Shown: piece after piece, positions 8,792 to 16,733 of the stretch
How the letters are laid out: each line of letters starts with the position of its first letter
Numbering within the stretch: position 1 is the first letter of the stretch
Origin: a virus
Length of the DNA: 36,935 nucleotides
Direction: 5' to 3' (one strand)
IMG/VR virus record: IMGVR_UViG_3300037479_000063
Span: 1-36,935 of that record
Notes under the pieces: model-generated
The model's input: only the letters and a program-made list of their open reading frames with translations
What the model was told of the DNA's origin: nothing
Databases searched by the model: none
Position numbers and translations under genes: made by a program

Positions 8792-8980
8792 CTATGCTTC
8801 GACGTACAGCGCGCTGGCCAGCAACCGCGCCACGTCGCGCACCAATAACTCGTCCAGATCACGCTGCGTCAGGTCGCGCGCCGGAACATCCGGCAGCGCC
8901 TCCCCCCGCCCCACATAGCGGAGCACAATCGGCTCAGCCGGTTTCGATGACTCTTCACCGGGAAATGTCTGATCGCTCAT
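8792..8980 (-). CDS. Small hypothetical virion-module protein
   Basis: 62-aa ORF with a GAAGG RBS 7 nt upstream of ATG 8980. Its stop overlaps the RBS of the major tail gene. Confidence 0.55.
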   Translation of the reverse strand: MSDQTFPGEESSKPAEPIVLRYVGRGEALPDVPARDLTQRDLDELLVRDVARLLASALYVEA

Positions 8981-9024
8981 CGCTCTGCCTTCCGCTTTCT
9001 GCCTACTGCCTTCTTCCTTCTGCT

Positions 9025-9507
9025 TTACCCCATCGCCATCACCGGCTTCTCGGTCACCGGCAGCAGCGCCTTGATGACCCAGTAGACGCCGTCACCCCAG
9101 GGGATTGGCTGCACGCGATAGGTGAAGAACGGCTGCGAGTCGTTTCCCTGGTCGCCGTGCCCCAGGAACATCACCGCCCCGCCCAGCGTGATGTCGGCCA
9201 GCAGCGCCCCGGCCAACAGTGCCGGCCACGGCTCCGCGCGCGCGTGCAGCTCGTTCAGCGGCATCTGGCGTGGCCCCAGAAACAAGAACAGCGCCACCTG
9301 ATAATCGTGCCGCCCCAGCCCCAACGCCTCGATGCGCCAGGCGTGATCCACTTGTGGAGCGAGCGCCAGCACGATGCTGGGGAAATTCCCCACGCTCACC
9401 GCCTCACGCGGCTTGTCGTATACGAACAGCGCCCCGCCGGGCGGGTTGGGCGGCGTGATCGTCTCCAGCCGCGCCTTGAGTCGGGTGAAGGTGAGTTGGA
9501 CGGTCAT
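9025..9507 (-). CDS. Neck/tail completion protein (tail terminator-like by position)
   Basis: 160-aa ORF between the head-tail connector candidate and the major tail gene. ATG 9507 lies 3 nt after the upstream stop. Confidence 0.55.
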   Translation of the reverse strand: MTVQLTFTRLKARLETITPPNPPGGALFVYDKPREAVSVGNFPSIVLALAPQVDHAWRIEALGLGRHDYQVALFLFLGPRQMPLNELHARAEPWPALLAGALLADITLGGAVMFLGHGDQGNDSQPFFTYRVQPIPWGDGVYWVIKALLPVTEKPVMAMG

Positions 9508-9510
9508 TGG

Positions 9511-10092
9511 TCACCACGGCCTGCGGTACTCGCCCAGCCCGCGCAGTACATCGGGCGGCCACGCGCTCGGGATCACCACCACGCCGACCTCCGGGTAGGC
9601 CGTCTTCTCCATCGGCGCGTCGCGCTTCTTGTATGCCCACCACACCAGCCGCCGCACCAACATCTCGAAATCGGCTGGCACATCAGCCAAAGTCGCCCAA
9701 CCGCCGGTATAGCTCAGCCGTGCCTGCACCCGGCTCCCGCGATAGGCGCTCAGGTCGCTGCCCAGCGCGCGGATCACCGTTCCGTGGCCCCGGTTGTCAA
9801 TCTCCGCGTTGGCTGCTGTCAGGTCGATCCAGGTCAGACTCTTGCCCGTCTTCCAGCTCAGCGCGGTCAGCGCCGTCGCCTCCGGTACCGCGAGGAAGAC
9901 TGTCAGCAAGCCATCGATGTCAATCTGCGCCCGGTTCACCTGGTTGGTGTACGTCGCGCCGCTGAACGTCACGCGCAGCTCGCTCTCCACCACCCGCGAG
10001 TAGGCAGAGATCATCTCCGCCAGCAGCGTATCGTCGGACACGCCGTCGAGCGGGCCGTATTGCTTGAGCGCCGGCAGGCTGGTGAAATCCAT
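9511..10092 (-). CDS. Head-tail connector/adaptor candidate
   Basis: The start is trimmed to ATG 10092 (MDFTSLPALKQYG...) because the upstream part of the long ORF is R/G-rich and looks out of frame. The N-terminal segment VSDDTLLAEMISAYSRVVESEL resembles gp6-like connector proteins. Position follows the capsid gene. Confidence 0.55.
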   Translation of the reverse strand: MDFTSLPALKQYGPLDGVSDDTLLAEMISAYSRVVESELRVTFSGATYTNQVNRAQIDIDGLLTVFLAVPEATALTALSWKTGKSLTWIDLTAANAEIDNRGHGTVIRALGSDLSAYRGSRVQARLSYTGGWATLADVPADFEMLVRRLVWWAYKKRDAPMEKTAYPEVGVVVIPSAWPPDVLRGLGEYRRPW

Positions 10093-10112
10093 GTCGGTAG
10101 GGGCAGGGCTGC

Positions 10113-10298
10113 CTACGCTGTCCGGAACCCTGCCTGCAGAGCCGCCGCCACATGCTCGACGACCACATCCACCTCTCCGTCGGTCACCGTGTACTCGATC
10201 TCTCCGACGGTGAACGTCCCGGACCACTGCTCCGGGTGTCGCAGGCGAACCGTCTCCGGCGCGCCGCTGTCGGTCGTCTCGGTCTTCGCTTTTGCCAT
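10113..10298 (-). CDS. Small hypothetical protein downstream of the capsid gene
   Basis: 61 aa from ATG 10298, preceded by GAAGGAGAGTCGGAG. MAKAKTETTDSG...GEIEYTVTDGEVDVVVEHV. Confidence 0.55.
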   Translation of the reverse strand: MAKAKTETTDSGAPETVRLRHPEQWSGTFTVGEIEYTVTDGEVDVVVEHVAAALQAGFRTA

Positions 10299-10340
10299 CT
10301 CCGACTCTCCTTCGGGCGGCGCGGGCGCGCCGCTGTCTGC

Positions 10341-10381
10341 GGACAAAATGGCGGGTGGCCATGTCAGACACGCCACCCGCC
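10341..10381 (-). terminator. Stem-loop with short U-tract after the major capsid gene
   Basis: ggcgggtggc-N12-gccacccgcc (10-bp stem), followed on the minus strand by ATTTTGT. Lies between the capsid stop (10401) and the next start (10298). Confidence 0.5.
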
Positions 10382-10400
10382 ACTCGCTACTCGCTACTCA

Positions 10401-11951
10401 TTACCCATTCGCGATGTTGGTGATCACGCCCAGCGCAAAGGTCGCATAGCACTTCAGCACCTCTTCGCTGTACACGCCCACCTCATTCGCGCGCGTCACC
10501 ACCGGCCAGGGGATCTGGTAATAGTCGCGCCGGCACTGCACCTCCGCCGTCTGCGGCACGTTGGCGCTCACGTACTGCGCCGGCAGGTTCTGCGCCCAGG
10601 CCAAGAGCGTCCCCGGCGTCGCGTACGGGTGCACCTTCACCGGGATCACCGGCTGGCCCTGCCCGAACGGATTCGGGTAGAGCAGGCTGCCAACGCCCGC
10701 GATCAGTTGCGGCGCGTCGCCATTGAGCTGGATGTTGTAGCGCAGCGTGCCGTTGGCCGTGCCGCCGAAGATCTTGGTCAGGATGTTGTTCATCTCCTGG
10801 GCGTGCACCCAGATCTCCTCCGGGGCGAGCAGGTAGTTGTCCCAGAAGCTGCGCAGCATCGTGTCGATCTGCGTGATGCCGCCTCGCCCGGAGGCCGTCA
10901 GCGGCGTGCCCGTGCCGGCCGTGCCGGTGGCCAGCGCCGCGTAATACGCCAGGCTGCCGCTCTTGAAAGCGTGATACAGCAAGCCGTCGAAGGCCTCGGC
11001 GTTTTTGCTGCGGTCGGTCGCTGGGTCGCTGATCGCCGACAGCAACTGCCCGGTGCCCAGCAAGGGCGCCGAGATCGCGTGCGAGTTGATGGTCGTGATC
11101 GCCTCCAGCCGTTCCGCCGCGGCCGCGCCCACGAACCAGGCGTAGGCCACTGCGCCCTTGATGGCCGTGGTGGACATGAACAGCGTCTGACCCAGCGTCA
11201 CCGCCTGCGTCGCCTGCGCGCTGCGGATGGACGAACCGCCATTCAACTGGAATGTCTTGTTGTCCAGCCCCGTTTGCGTCACCGAGCGTTTGATCCCGCC
11301 GGCGACGCTGGCCATGCGCCAGCCCTCATAGGTGAGCGCGAACACGTACACGCTGTACGTCAGCGTCGGCAGCGTCGCGCCCGAGCCGGAGGCCGAGAGC
11401 GTCGGCGTGGCCGGCGTGCCCAGGTCTACGCTCGCATTCGCGCCCATGAGCGCGTACTCCTCGAGGATCATGGTCTGATGCAGCAACCGCATCGTGGTCG
11501 CGCCCATCTCATCCTCAAAGCCCTGCGCCGCCGATTGCGCCTCGAAGGTCACATCGGCCTCAAGGCCCAGCGTCTTGTACGAGGCACTGCGATTGGCGGT
11601 CGTGATGGACATGCGCGCGGCCCGCTGGCCCTCCGGCACCCACGGCATCGCCGGCAACCCGGTCGCGCCCGCAATCGCCGACACTTCCTTCCAGTTCGCG
11701 GCGTCGCCCGCGCCGACCGCCTTGGTCTTGCGCGGCACCCGATTGCGGATCGGCGTCATCACCGGATACAAGTTTTTGGCCGGGGCCTCGAGGTCATAGG
11801 CCACTAGCCCGTTTGCCACCGTTACCGTGCCCGTGGCCTTGCGCAGGTCGTCCATCGTTCCATTGGGGCCGACCTGCCCCACGATCTTGCCGAGCGTCGC
11901 AATCGTCTCTTGCGTGATGTCGCGGCCATCGGCGTTCAATAATCGAGTCAT
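10401..11951 (-). CDS. Major capsid protein (HK97-fold type)
   Basis: 516 aa from ATG 11951, with AAGGAG 7 nt upstream. DLEAPAKNLYPVMTPIRNRVPR and the overall A/G/T-rich composition are typical of HK97-like capsid proteins. Follows the protease-scaffold gene. Confidence 0.85.
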   Translation of the reverse strand: MTRLLNADGRDITQETIATLGKIVGQVGPNGTMDDLRKATGTVTVANGLVAYDLEAPAKNLYPVMTPIRNRVPRKTKAVGAGDAANWKEVSAIAGATGLPAMPWVPEGQRAARMSITTANRSASYKTLGLEADVTFEAQSAAQGFEDEMGATTMRLLHQTMILEEYALMGANASVDLGTPATPTLSASGSGATLPTLTYSVYVFALTYEGWRMASVAGGIKRSVTQTGLDNKTFQLNGGSSIRSAQATQAVTLGQTLFMSTTAIKGAVAYAWFVGAAAAERLEAITTINSHAISAPLLGTGQLLSAISDPATDRSKNAEAFDGLLYHAFKSGSLAYYAALATGTAGTGTPLTASGRGGITQIDTMLRSFWDNYLLAPEEIWVHAQEMNNILTKIFGGTANGTLRYNIQLNGDAPQLIAGVGSLLYPNPFGQGQPVIPVKVHPYATPGTLLAWAQNLPAQYVSANVPQTAEVQCRRDYYQIPWPVVTRANEVGVYSEEVLKCYATFALGVITNIANG

Positions 11952-11980
11952 GGTGTATCTCCTTTGTGAATGACTGCTTG

Positions 11981-12025
11981 GCAAACGGATCCGCCGTTTG
12001 CTTAAGCGCAGCGCAACGCGCTGCG
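11981..12025 (-). other. Tandem hairpins between the protease-scaffold and capsid genes
   Basis: gcaaacgg-atccg-ccgtttgc (11981-12001) and cgcagcgc-aac-gcgctgcg (about 12007-12025). Confidence 0.6.
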
Positions 12026-12026
12026 T

Positions 12027-13331
12027 CTATTTCAAGGCCGCGAGATCGGCCTCGGCTTGCTCCAGATCGCGCCGGTATTGCTGGCGCACCACATCGTTCG
12101 GCTCCGTGCTGGCCTGCCGGCGAAGCTCAGCTACCCGCATCTCGGCCTTCTTCAGCGCCGCCGCGCGTTGATCCACGTTAAGGTTTTGCCCCACCGCCAC
12201 GATTTTCTCGATCGCGCGCAGCACCGGCCCGCCCGGCGCCGGCTGCTTCTCAATCACTGCCACGCGCCTGTCGAGATTGGCCAGCGTGTCGGCCAGGCCC
12301 TTGAACGACGGCTCCAGCGCCTTGACGAGTGTGGTACTCCACGCCGCCATCTCCACGCCATCTTCCTGTCCACCACCGTCATACACCGCCACAATCTTGG
12401 CCGCCTGCGCGTCGCCGGCGTTCGCCAGCATCGCCGCCAGCGCCTTGATCACCGTGTGCATGCTCGACTGATTGCTCATGCTGAACATGCGCCCGGCCTT
12501 GAGCACCCACTGCCAGCGGTGGCCATCCCACTTCACCACCGCCCCGGCGCGTTTGGCCAGGTCGCCGATCCTGGCCGCCTGCGCCATCTCAGCCGTGGCT
12601 TCCGGCATCTCCTCCGGCGCGGCCTCGGCCTCGGCCGGCTTGTCCTTCGACTCGCCCGCCGCCTGCTGCACCAGCCGGATCGCGTTCGTGAATAGCTCAG
12701 CATCATCCAACTCGCCGGCTACCTCGGCGTCGTTGCGCAGTTGCTGCAACATCGCCACTACCTTGCTGGCGTCTGCCGCCTTCATAAGTTCGGCCAACTG
12801 GGTCGGGTCCATAGGTGCCTCCATCTTGAACACAAGAATTCTTGCGTCCGGGTTGGCCGGACGGTCAACGAGCGAGATCTCGGTCAGTTTCAGCGCCGTG
12901 ATCACCCGGCACATTACGCCGTTGATCTCACGCACCACGGCCTTGATGACCCTGCCGCCGATGCTGAAGCCCTTGTAGACGCCGGCCTTGACCTTCTGCC
13001 AGGCCACGTCGTCCACGACTCTCACTTTGATGTACAGGGGGTGCTCGACGAGCTTGTCGTCGATCTCAATGGCCTTATCCAGCACGCGCGCTTCGAGCGC
13101 CACGCCCACCGCGCTCGGCGCGTGCATTTCGCGGATGTTCGCCCAGGCCATGTAATCGGCCAGCGCCGCCTCGATGGCCTGCGGCTCGATCACGTCGCCA
13201 GAGTATAACTTCCCATCCAGTTCCCCCGGTTGTGAGTCGAATGTCGGCGACGAGGCGATGCCCTCGACGATGCGCTGATCTGCATCGGCCTTGGTCAGGG
13301 GCAGATAGAGAGGGAAGAGTCCGTGCGTCAT
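12027..13331 (-). CDS. Prohead protease fused to a coiled-coil scaffolding-like C-terminal domain
   Basis: N-terminal 170 aa carry HK97-family prohead protease motifs: REMH...VG, GFSIGG, LTEISLVDRPANPDA. The C-terminal 260 aa are A/E/K/Q-rich and helical (LRRQASTEPNDVVRQQYRRDLEQAEADLAALK). Lies immediately upstream of the capsid gene. Confidence 0.8.
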   Translation of the reverse strand: MTHGLFPLYLPLTKADADQRIVEGIASSPTFDSQPGELDGKLYSGDVIEPQAIEAALADYMAWANIREMHAPSAVGVALEARVLDKAIEIDDKLVEHPLYIKVRVVDDVAWQKVKAGVYKGFSIGGRVIKAVVREINGVMCRVITALKLTEISLVDRPANPDARILVFKMEAPMDPTQLAELMKAADASKVVAMLQQLRNDAEVAGELDDAELFTNAIRLVQQAAGESKDKPAEAEAAPEEMPEATAEMAQAARIGDLAKRAGAVVKWDGHRWQWVLKAGRMFSMSNQSSMHTVIKALAAMLANAGDAQAAKIVAVYDGGGQEDGVEMAAWSTTLVKALEPSFKGLADTLANLDRRVAVIEKQPAPGGPVLRAIEKIVAVGQNLNVDQRAAALKKAEMRVAELRRQASTEPNDVVRQQYRRDLEQAEADLAALK

Positions 13332-13333
13332 TG

Positions 13334-13378
13334 AAAATAAAAAAGCCCCTCACCGACCCGTAAGGTCTGTGAGGGGCT
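13334..13378 (-). terminator. Intrinsic terminator-like hairpin plus U-tract directly upstream of the protease-scaffold gene
   Basis: Minus strand reads AGCCCCTCAC-A-GACC-TTACG-GGTC-G-GTGAGGGGCT followed by TTTTTATTTTCA and then ATG 13331. Confidence 0.65.
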
Positions 13379-13409
13379 GTAGGGGCAGGCCTTGTGCCTG
13401 CCCGCCCAT

Positions 13410-13631
13410 TTACGTTTCCAGTTTCCCGTTGACTGGCGGGTGCGTCCTGCGCACCTCCCACGCCAGATCATCCAGGCTCACGACGATCATACAACGTTTG
13501 TCTCCCCCCCGCAATTGGATGGCGGTTAGAGCTAGTTCATAAGCCCAACGCGGCAAAGCCTGCTGTTTCGGCCCACTTTGCGCAATCCGTTGGAACGCGC
13601 TGCGTCCTGTGTTCGCAGTGGAGCTGCTCAC
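13410..13631 (-). CDS. Small hypothetical protein (GTG start coupled to the upstream stop)
   Basis: GTG 13631 overlaps TGA 13630-13628 (GTGA); 73 aa. Locally lower GC. Followed by hairpin 13383-13403 and the terminator. Confidence 0.4.
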   Translation of the reverse strand: MSSSTANTGRSAFQRIAQSGPKQQALPRWAYELALTAIQLRGGDKRCMIVVSLDDLAWEVRRTHPPVNGKLET

Positions 13632-14053
13632 CGCGCGATCCCGTCCAGCTTTCTGGCGATCTGAACCAGAGCGCGCTCGAAGTTTTCCGCAATCTGCGGC
13701 TCCGCGTCGCGCAGGATGTCGTCCGCTGTCCGCCATCGCCCCACGTGCATCCAGGCCTGCTCCTCTTCGTCCATCACATACGGCCCGTATGGCGTCGGGT
13801 TGCCGATGCTGGCTTCAAAGTGCGCCTTGTCCGCTTCCCACTCCGGCAGCGCCTCCGCCCACGTGCGGCCCAGCGTCAGCGTCCGCGTGTACGTGCTCCC
13901 CGCCGGCTCGGGCGGGTACTCCATCGCCGGACGCCGCACCCCCATTAGGCTGGCCTCGGCGGCGTCGTGCAGCTCGGGCTCGACGATCTGCGGCTGGAAT
14001 GCCAGCATCTCCAGCGCCGCCTCCAGCCCGTAGATTGCGATCGTAGCTTCCAT
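13628..14053 (-). CDS. Hypothetical head-module protein
   Basis: ATG 14053 with AGGAG 8 nt upstream; 141 aa. MEATIAIYGLEAALEMLAF...NPTPYGPYVMDEEEQAWMHVGRW. Lies between the portal and protease genes. Confidence 0.65.
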   Translation of the reverse strand: MEATIAIYGLEAALEMLAFQPQIVEPELHDAAEASLMGVRRPAMEYPPEPAGSTYTRTLTLGRTWAEALPEWEADKAHFEASIGNPTPYGPYVMDEEEQAWMHVGRWRTADDILRDAEPQIAENFERALVQIARKLDGIAR

Positions 14054-14201
14054 CGGCGACACTCCTTCGAATAGCGGCCTGCATCACCTGACGCGCCCGC
14101 GCCAGGTTGCCGCGCGCCAGCAGCCGCTGCACCCGTGCGTGCTCGTCAGGCGTGTAGCGGATGCCGTCAATCATCACATCGCGCAAGTTCATCAATCTCC
14201 G

Positions 14202-14249
14202 GCCAAGCGCGCAGCGCTTGGCTTAAGCTAACCGGCTTTGCCGGTTAGC
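14202..14249 (-). other. Tandem hairpins at the 3-prime end of the portal gene
   Basis: gccaagcgc-gca-gcgcttggc (14202-14222) and gctaaccgg-ctttg-ccggttagc (14227-14249). The latter overlaps the portal stop TAA at 14245-14247. Confidence 0.65.
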
Positions 14250-16404
14250 CAACCACCGGGCTGATCGCGCACCGGCAGCGCGCGTGCAGCGCCGGTCGGT
14301 GTCCGCTATCGTCCAGTGCGAACGTCTGCCCATCCAGCGGCGCGCAGATCGGGCAGACCTTGCTATCGCGCGCTGTGTGAAAGCGATAGCCCTTCACCAC
14401 CCGGCTGGCGCGCCAGGCCGCGAGGTTGCCCTCGGCGAACAGGTTGGTCACCTCGGTCACCGCCGCCACGTCCGCGCGCGGCCCGCTCCACACATGCCGC
14501 ACACGCCGGATCAGGTCCGGCAACGTGCCGCCGGTCTTGATCCAGTCTTTGATGATCCCAGCCGCCAATTGCTGGCTGGTGCCCGTGCTCTCCAGCGCGA
14601 ACCGCGCCGCGCGTTCGCTCGCCAATTTCAGCGCGGCCTCGTTGACTATATCCCACTCGACCCCGATCGCCAATTGCCCCAGACCTTCAACGGCCGCCTG
14701 GCGCGTCACTGCGTCGAAGAATGGCAGCACCGCCTGAGTGAGCGCGGCGGCCTCGGCGGCCATGATCGTCGTCAGCGCGCCCTCGAGCGCGCCCGGTTCG
14801 GCCTGCTCCAGCGCATCGGTCACCCGCCCGGCCTGCGCTTCGTACGCATCCCCGAAGACTTTTTTGGCCTGGCGCTCGCGCTTCTCGCGCGCCTCCCAGT
14901 CAGGCTCCGGGGCTGCGGCTTTTTTTTTCAATTGCTCGACCGCCGACAGCGGAAGAGTCGAAGGCTTTCCGGGCGCTGGCCCGGTCAGTACGTTGCCATA
15001 CTTCAGCGTGCGCACCTCGTCCGCGCTGATCACCCCCTCCTGCAGGTCAATCTGATATTCCTGCGCCTTGCTCAGCGCGTCATCCGTCTCGCCAAACTCC
15101 CATTGCCAGGTCAGCCCGTCAAACTGGCCGCGCACCGGCCGCGTTGGTGCGCCGGGCACAGAGATCGCCGGCGCATTGACCTGGTCTGGACTCTGCCCGA
15201 GCCGCCACGAGATCGGGTTGAAAATGCTGGCGGTGAGGAAGCGCGTCAGCGGCTTCAACCCGCGCCGCTCGTTGATCGCCTCCTGCATCTCGCTCGTCGA
15301 GCGGTTGGCGTTGTCGGTAAACCCGATTTCGGTCGGCGGCGTCCCGTACGCCGCGCACGCAATCCGCAGCAGCCAATAGTCGAGCTCCGTCTGATAACTG
15401 AAGGAGCGGAACTCCTTCACATCCATCCGCCACGGCAGGAAGTGCACGCGCCGATGCGCCTGCACGTTGCCCTGCAGGATCGCGTTGAAGTTCTCCTCGA
15501 AGCTCAGCACCTGGTCGGGGTTGAGCATCCCCTCCGGAGGCGAGGCGAAGGCCTCGGGGATATTGCCGTCGGTGAAATAGGCCAGGTCAAACGCCTGCTT
15601 GCGCAGCGCCTGGTTGACCCGCAAAATGATCCACTCGCTCGGCGGGAAGCCGTACGGCGTCCAGCTGCGCGTCCAGCGCGGCAGATAGAGCAGCTCCTCG
15701 CGCCCAAAGGTCGGAAAATCCTCGTCCGGCTGGTCGGTCCCGGGCCTCCGGTACTCGCTGTAGGGATAACCGTACAAAATCTGTTGATAGGCCAGCGTCC
15801 GCCCGCGGTCGTCCAGCAGCGGCTTGATCGTTGCCCCGTCCACCAGCTCGGCCAGGCTCAGCCGCCCGCCCCGGTCCGGGTGCAGGTAGAGAGTCATGGC
15901 GTCGATGCTGAACATGTCGTACAGCAGTGACCCCAGCCAGGCATCAAAGTGGTTGAGGCCGTCGGGGAACTGCCACCAGTCCATCAGCGCGTCGCAGTCG
16001 CCCTGGCGCGCCGCCTGCTGGCGCTTGTCCACGGACACCACGCTGCGCGTCATCCCCTGCAACTCCTCGATCCGCACCGCGATGGCGATGGCCGCCACGT
16101 CGTACAGCCCGGCCAGGTTGCGCAGCTGCTCGAACGGCGTCAGCCCGGGCTGCTCGCGCCGCGGGGTGGTGATCGTGTTCTGGCCCAGCCAGTATTGCCA
16201 CTGCCTCGGCCCCTGCGTCTGCTCGGGAGAGCCGGGCGCGCTGCGCGGGGTCAGCGGCACGCCCGGCCCGAAGTCGCGGTCCACCAGGATGCCCAGGTTG
16301 CCGCGCCGATCGCGCGACGTGGGCGCCGCCGAGGCCGGGGCCGTCGATCGCTGCGCCTCCTGGGTCAAATCTCGCACGCGCGTGCCTGCCGGGATCTTCG
16401 GCAT
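14245..16404 (-). CDS. Portal protein fused to a Mu-F / SPP1-gp7-like head morphogenesis domain
   Basis: 719 aa from ATG 16404 (GGAGG 7 nt upstream, TGATG overlap). The large N-terminal part has portal-like size and position. The C-terminal 200 aa carry ...RADVAAVTEVTNLFAEGNLAAW...GYRFHTARDSKVCPICAPLDGQTF...PALHARCRCAI, the characteristic minor-head-protein motif (C-x2-C ... H-x-x-C-R-C). Confidence 0.8.
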   Translation of the reverse strand: MPKIPAGTRVRDLTQEAQRSTAPASAAPTSRDRRGNLGILVDRDFGPGVPLTPRSAPGSPEQTQGPRQWQYWLGQNTITTPRREQPGLTPFEQLRNLAGLYDVAAIAIAVRIEELQGMTRSVVSVDKRQQAARQGDCDALMDWWQFPDGLNHFDAWLGSLLYDMFSIDAMTLYLHPDRGGRLSLAELVDGATIKPLLDDRGRTLAYQQILYGYPYSEYRRPGTDQPDEDFPTFGREELLYLPRWTRSWTPYGFPPSEWIILRVNQALRKQAFDLAYFTDGNIPEAFASPPEGMLNPDQVLSFEENFNAILQGNVQAHRRVHFLPWRMDVKEFRSFSYQTELDYWLLRIACAAYGTPPTEIGFTDNANRSTSEMQEAINERRGLKPLTRFLTASIFNPISWRLGQSPDQVNAPAISVPGAPTRPVRGQFDGLTWQWEFGETDDALSKAQEYQIDLQEGVISADEVRTLKYGNVLTGPAPGKPSTLPLSAVEQLKKKAAAPEPDWEAREKRERQAKKVFGDAYEAQAGRVTDALEQAEPGALEGALTTIMAAEAAALTQAVLPFFDAVTRQAAVEGLGQLAIGVEWDIVNEAALKLASERAARFALESTGTSQQLAAGIIKDWIKTGGTLPDLIRRVRHVWSGPRADVAAVTEVTNLFAEGNLAAWRASRVVKGYRFHTARDSKVCPICAPLDGQTFALDDSGHRPALHARCRCAISPVVG

Positions 16405-16733
16405 CAGATCGCCTCCAGCACCGACCACTGCTCGAGGATCGAGCGCTCCACGCTGCCGTCCAGGAACGTGACAATGAACTGCACCAGGTAACGATTGCCC
16501 GCCGTGGCCACCTCTGCGGCGCCGTAAGCCCAATCGAATTGCCCGCCCGTCAGCGGCGACGCCGGCGTATAAGAGCCGTCGCCGTTCATCGTCGCGCCCG
16601 TGCTCTCGTTACGAATGCGGCAGGTGATGGTCTGCACATTCGTCAGATCCACCACCCCCGAGCCATCCTCGCGCTCGAAGGTCACCCGCTGGCCGGTGTG
16701 CCGGCTGTTCTGGATCGCTCTCGCCAATGGCAT
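16404..16733 (-). CDS. Small beta-sandwich-like virion protein candidate
   Basis: 109 aa from ATG 16733 (TAATG overlap). The pattern VTFEREDGSGVVDLTNVQTITCRIRN...GGQFDWAYGAAEVATAGNRYLVQFIVTFLDG resembles Ig-like phage structural domains. Confidence 0.6.
   Translation of the reverse strand: MPLARAIQNSRHTGQRVTFEREDGSGVVDLTNVQTITCRIRNESTGATMNGDGSYTPASPLTGGQFDWAYGAAEVATAGNRYLVQFIVTFLDGSVERSILEQWSVLEAI

Noticed and set aside
13815-14195. A 126-aa ORF (ATG 14192, weak GGAG 4 nt upstream) between the portal gene and the next gene.
   Set aside because: Only the first roughly 45 codons (MNLRDVMIDGIRYTPDEHARVQRLLARGNLARARQVMQAAIRR) look protein-like. The rest overlaps CDS 13628-14053 by 240 nt and is R/G/A-rich. 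A short real peptide is possible but unsupported.
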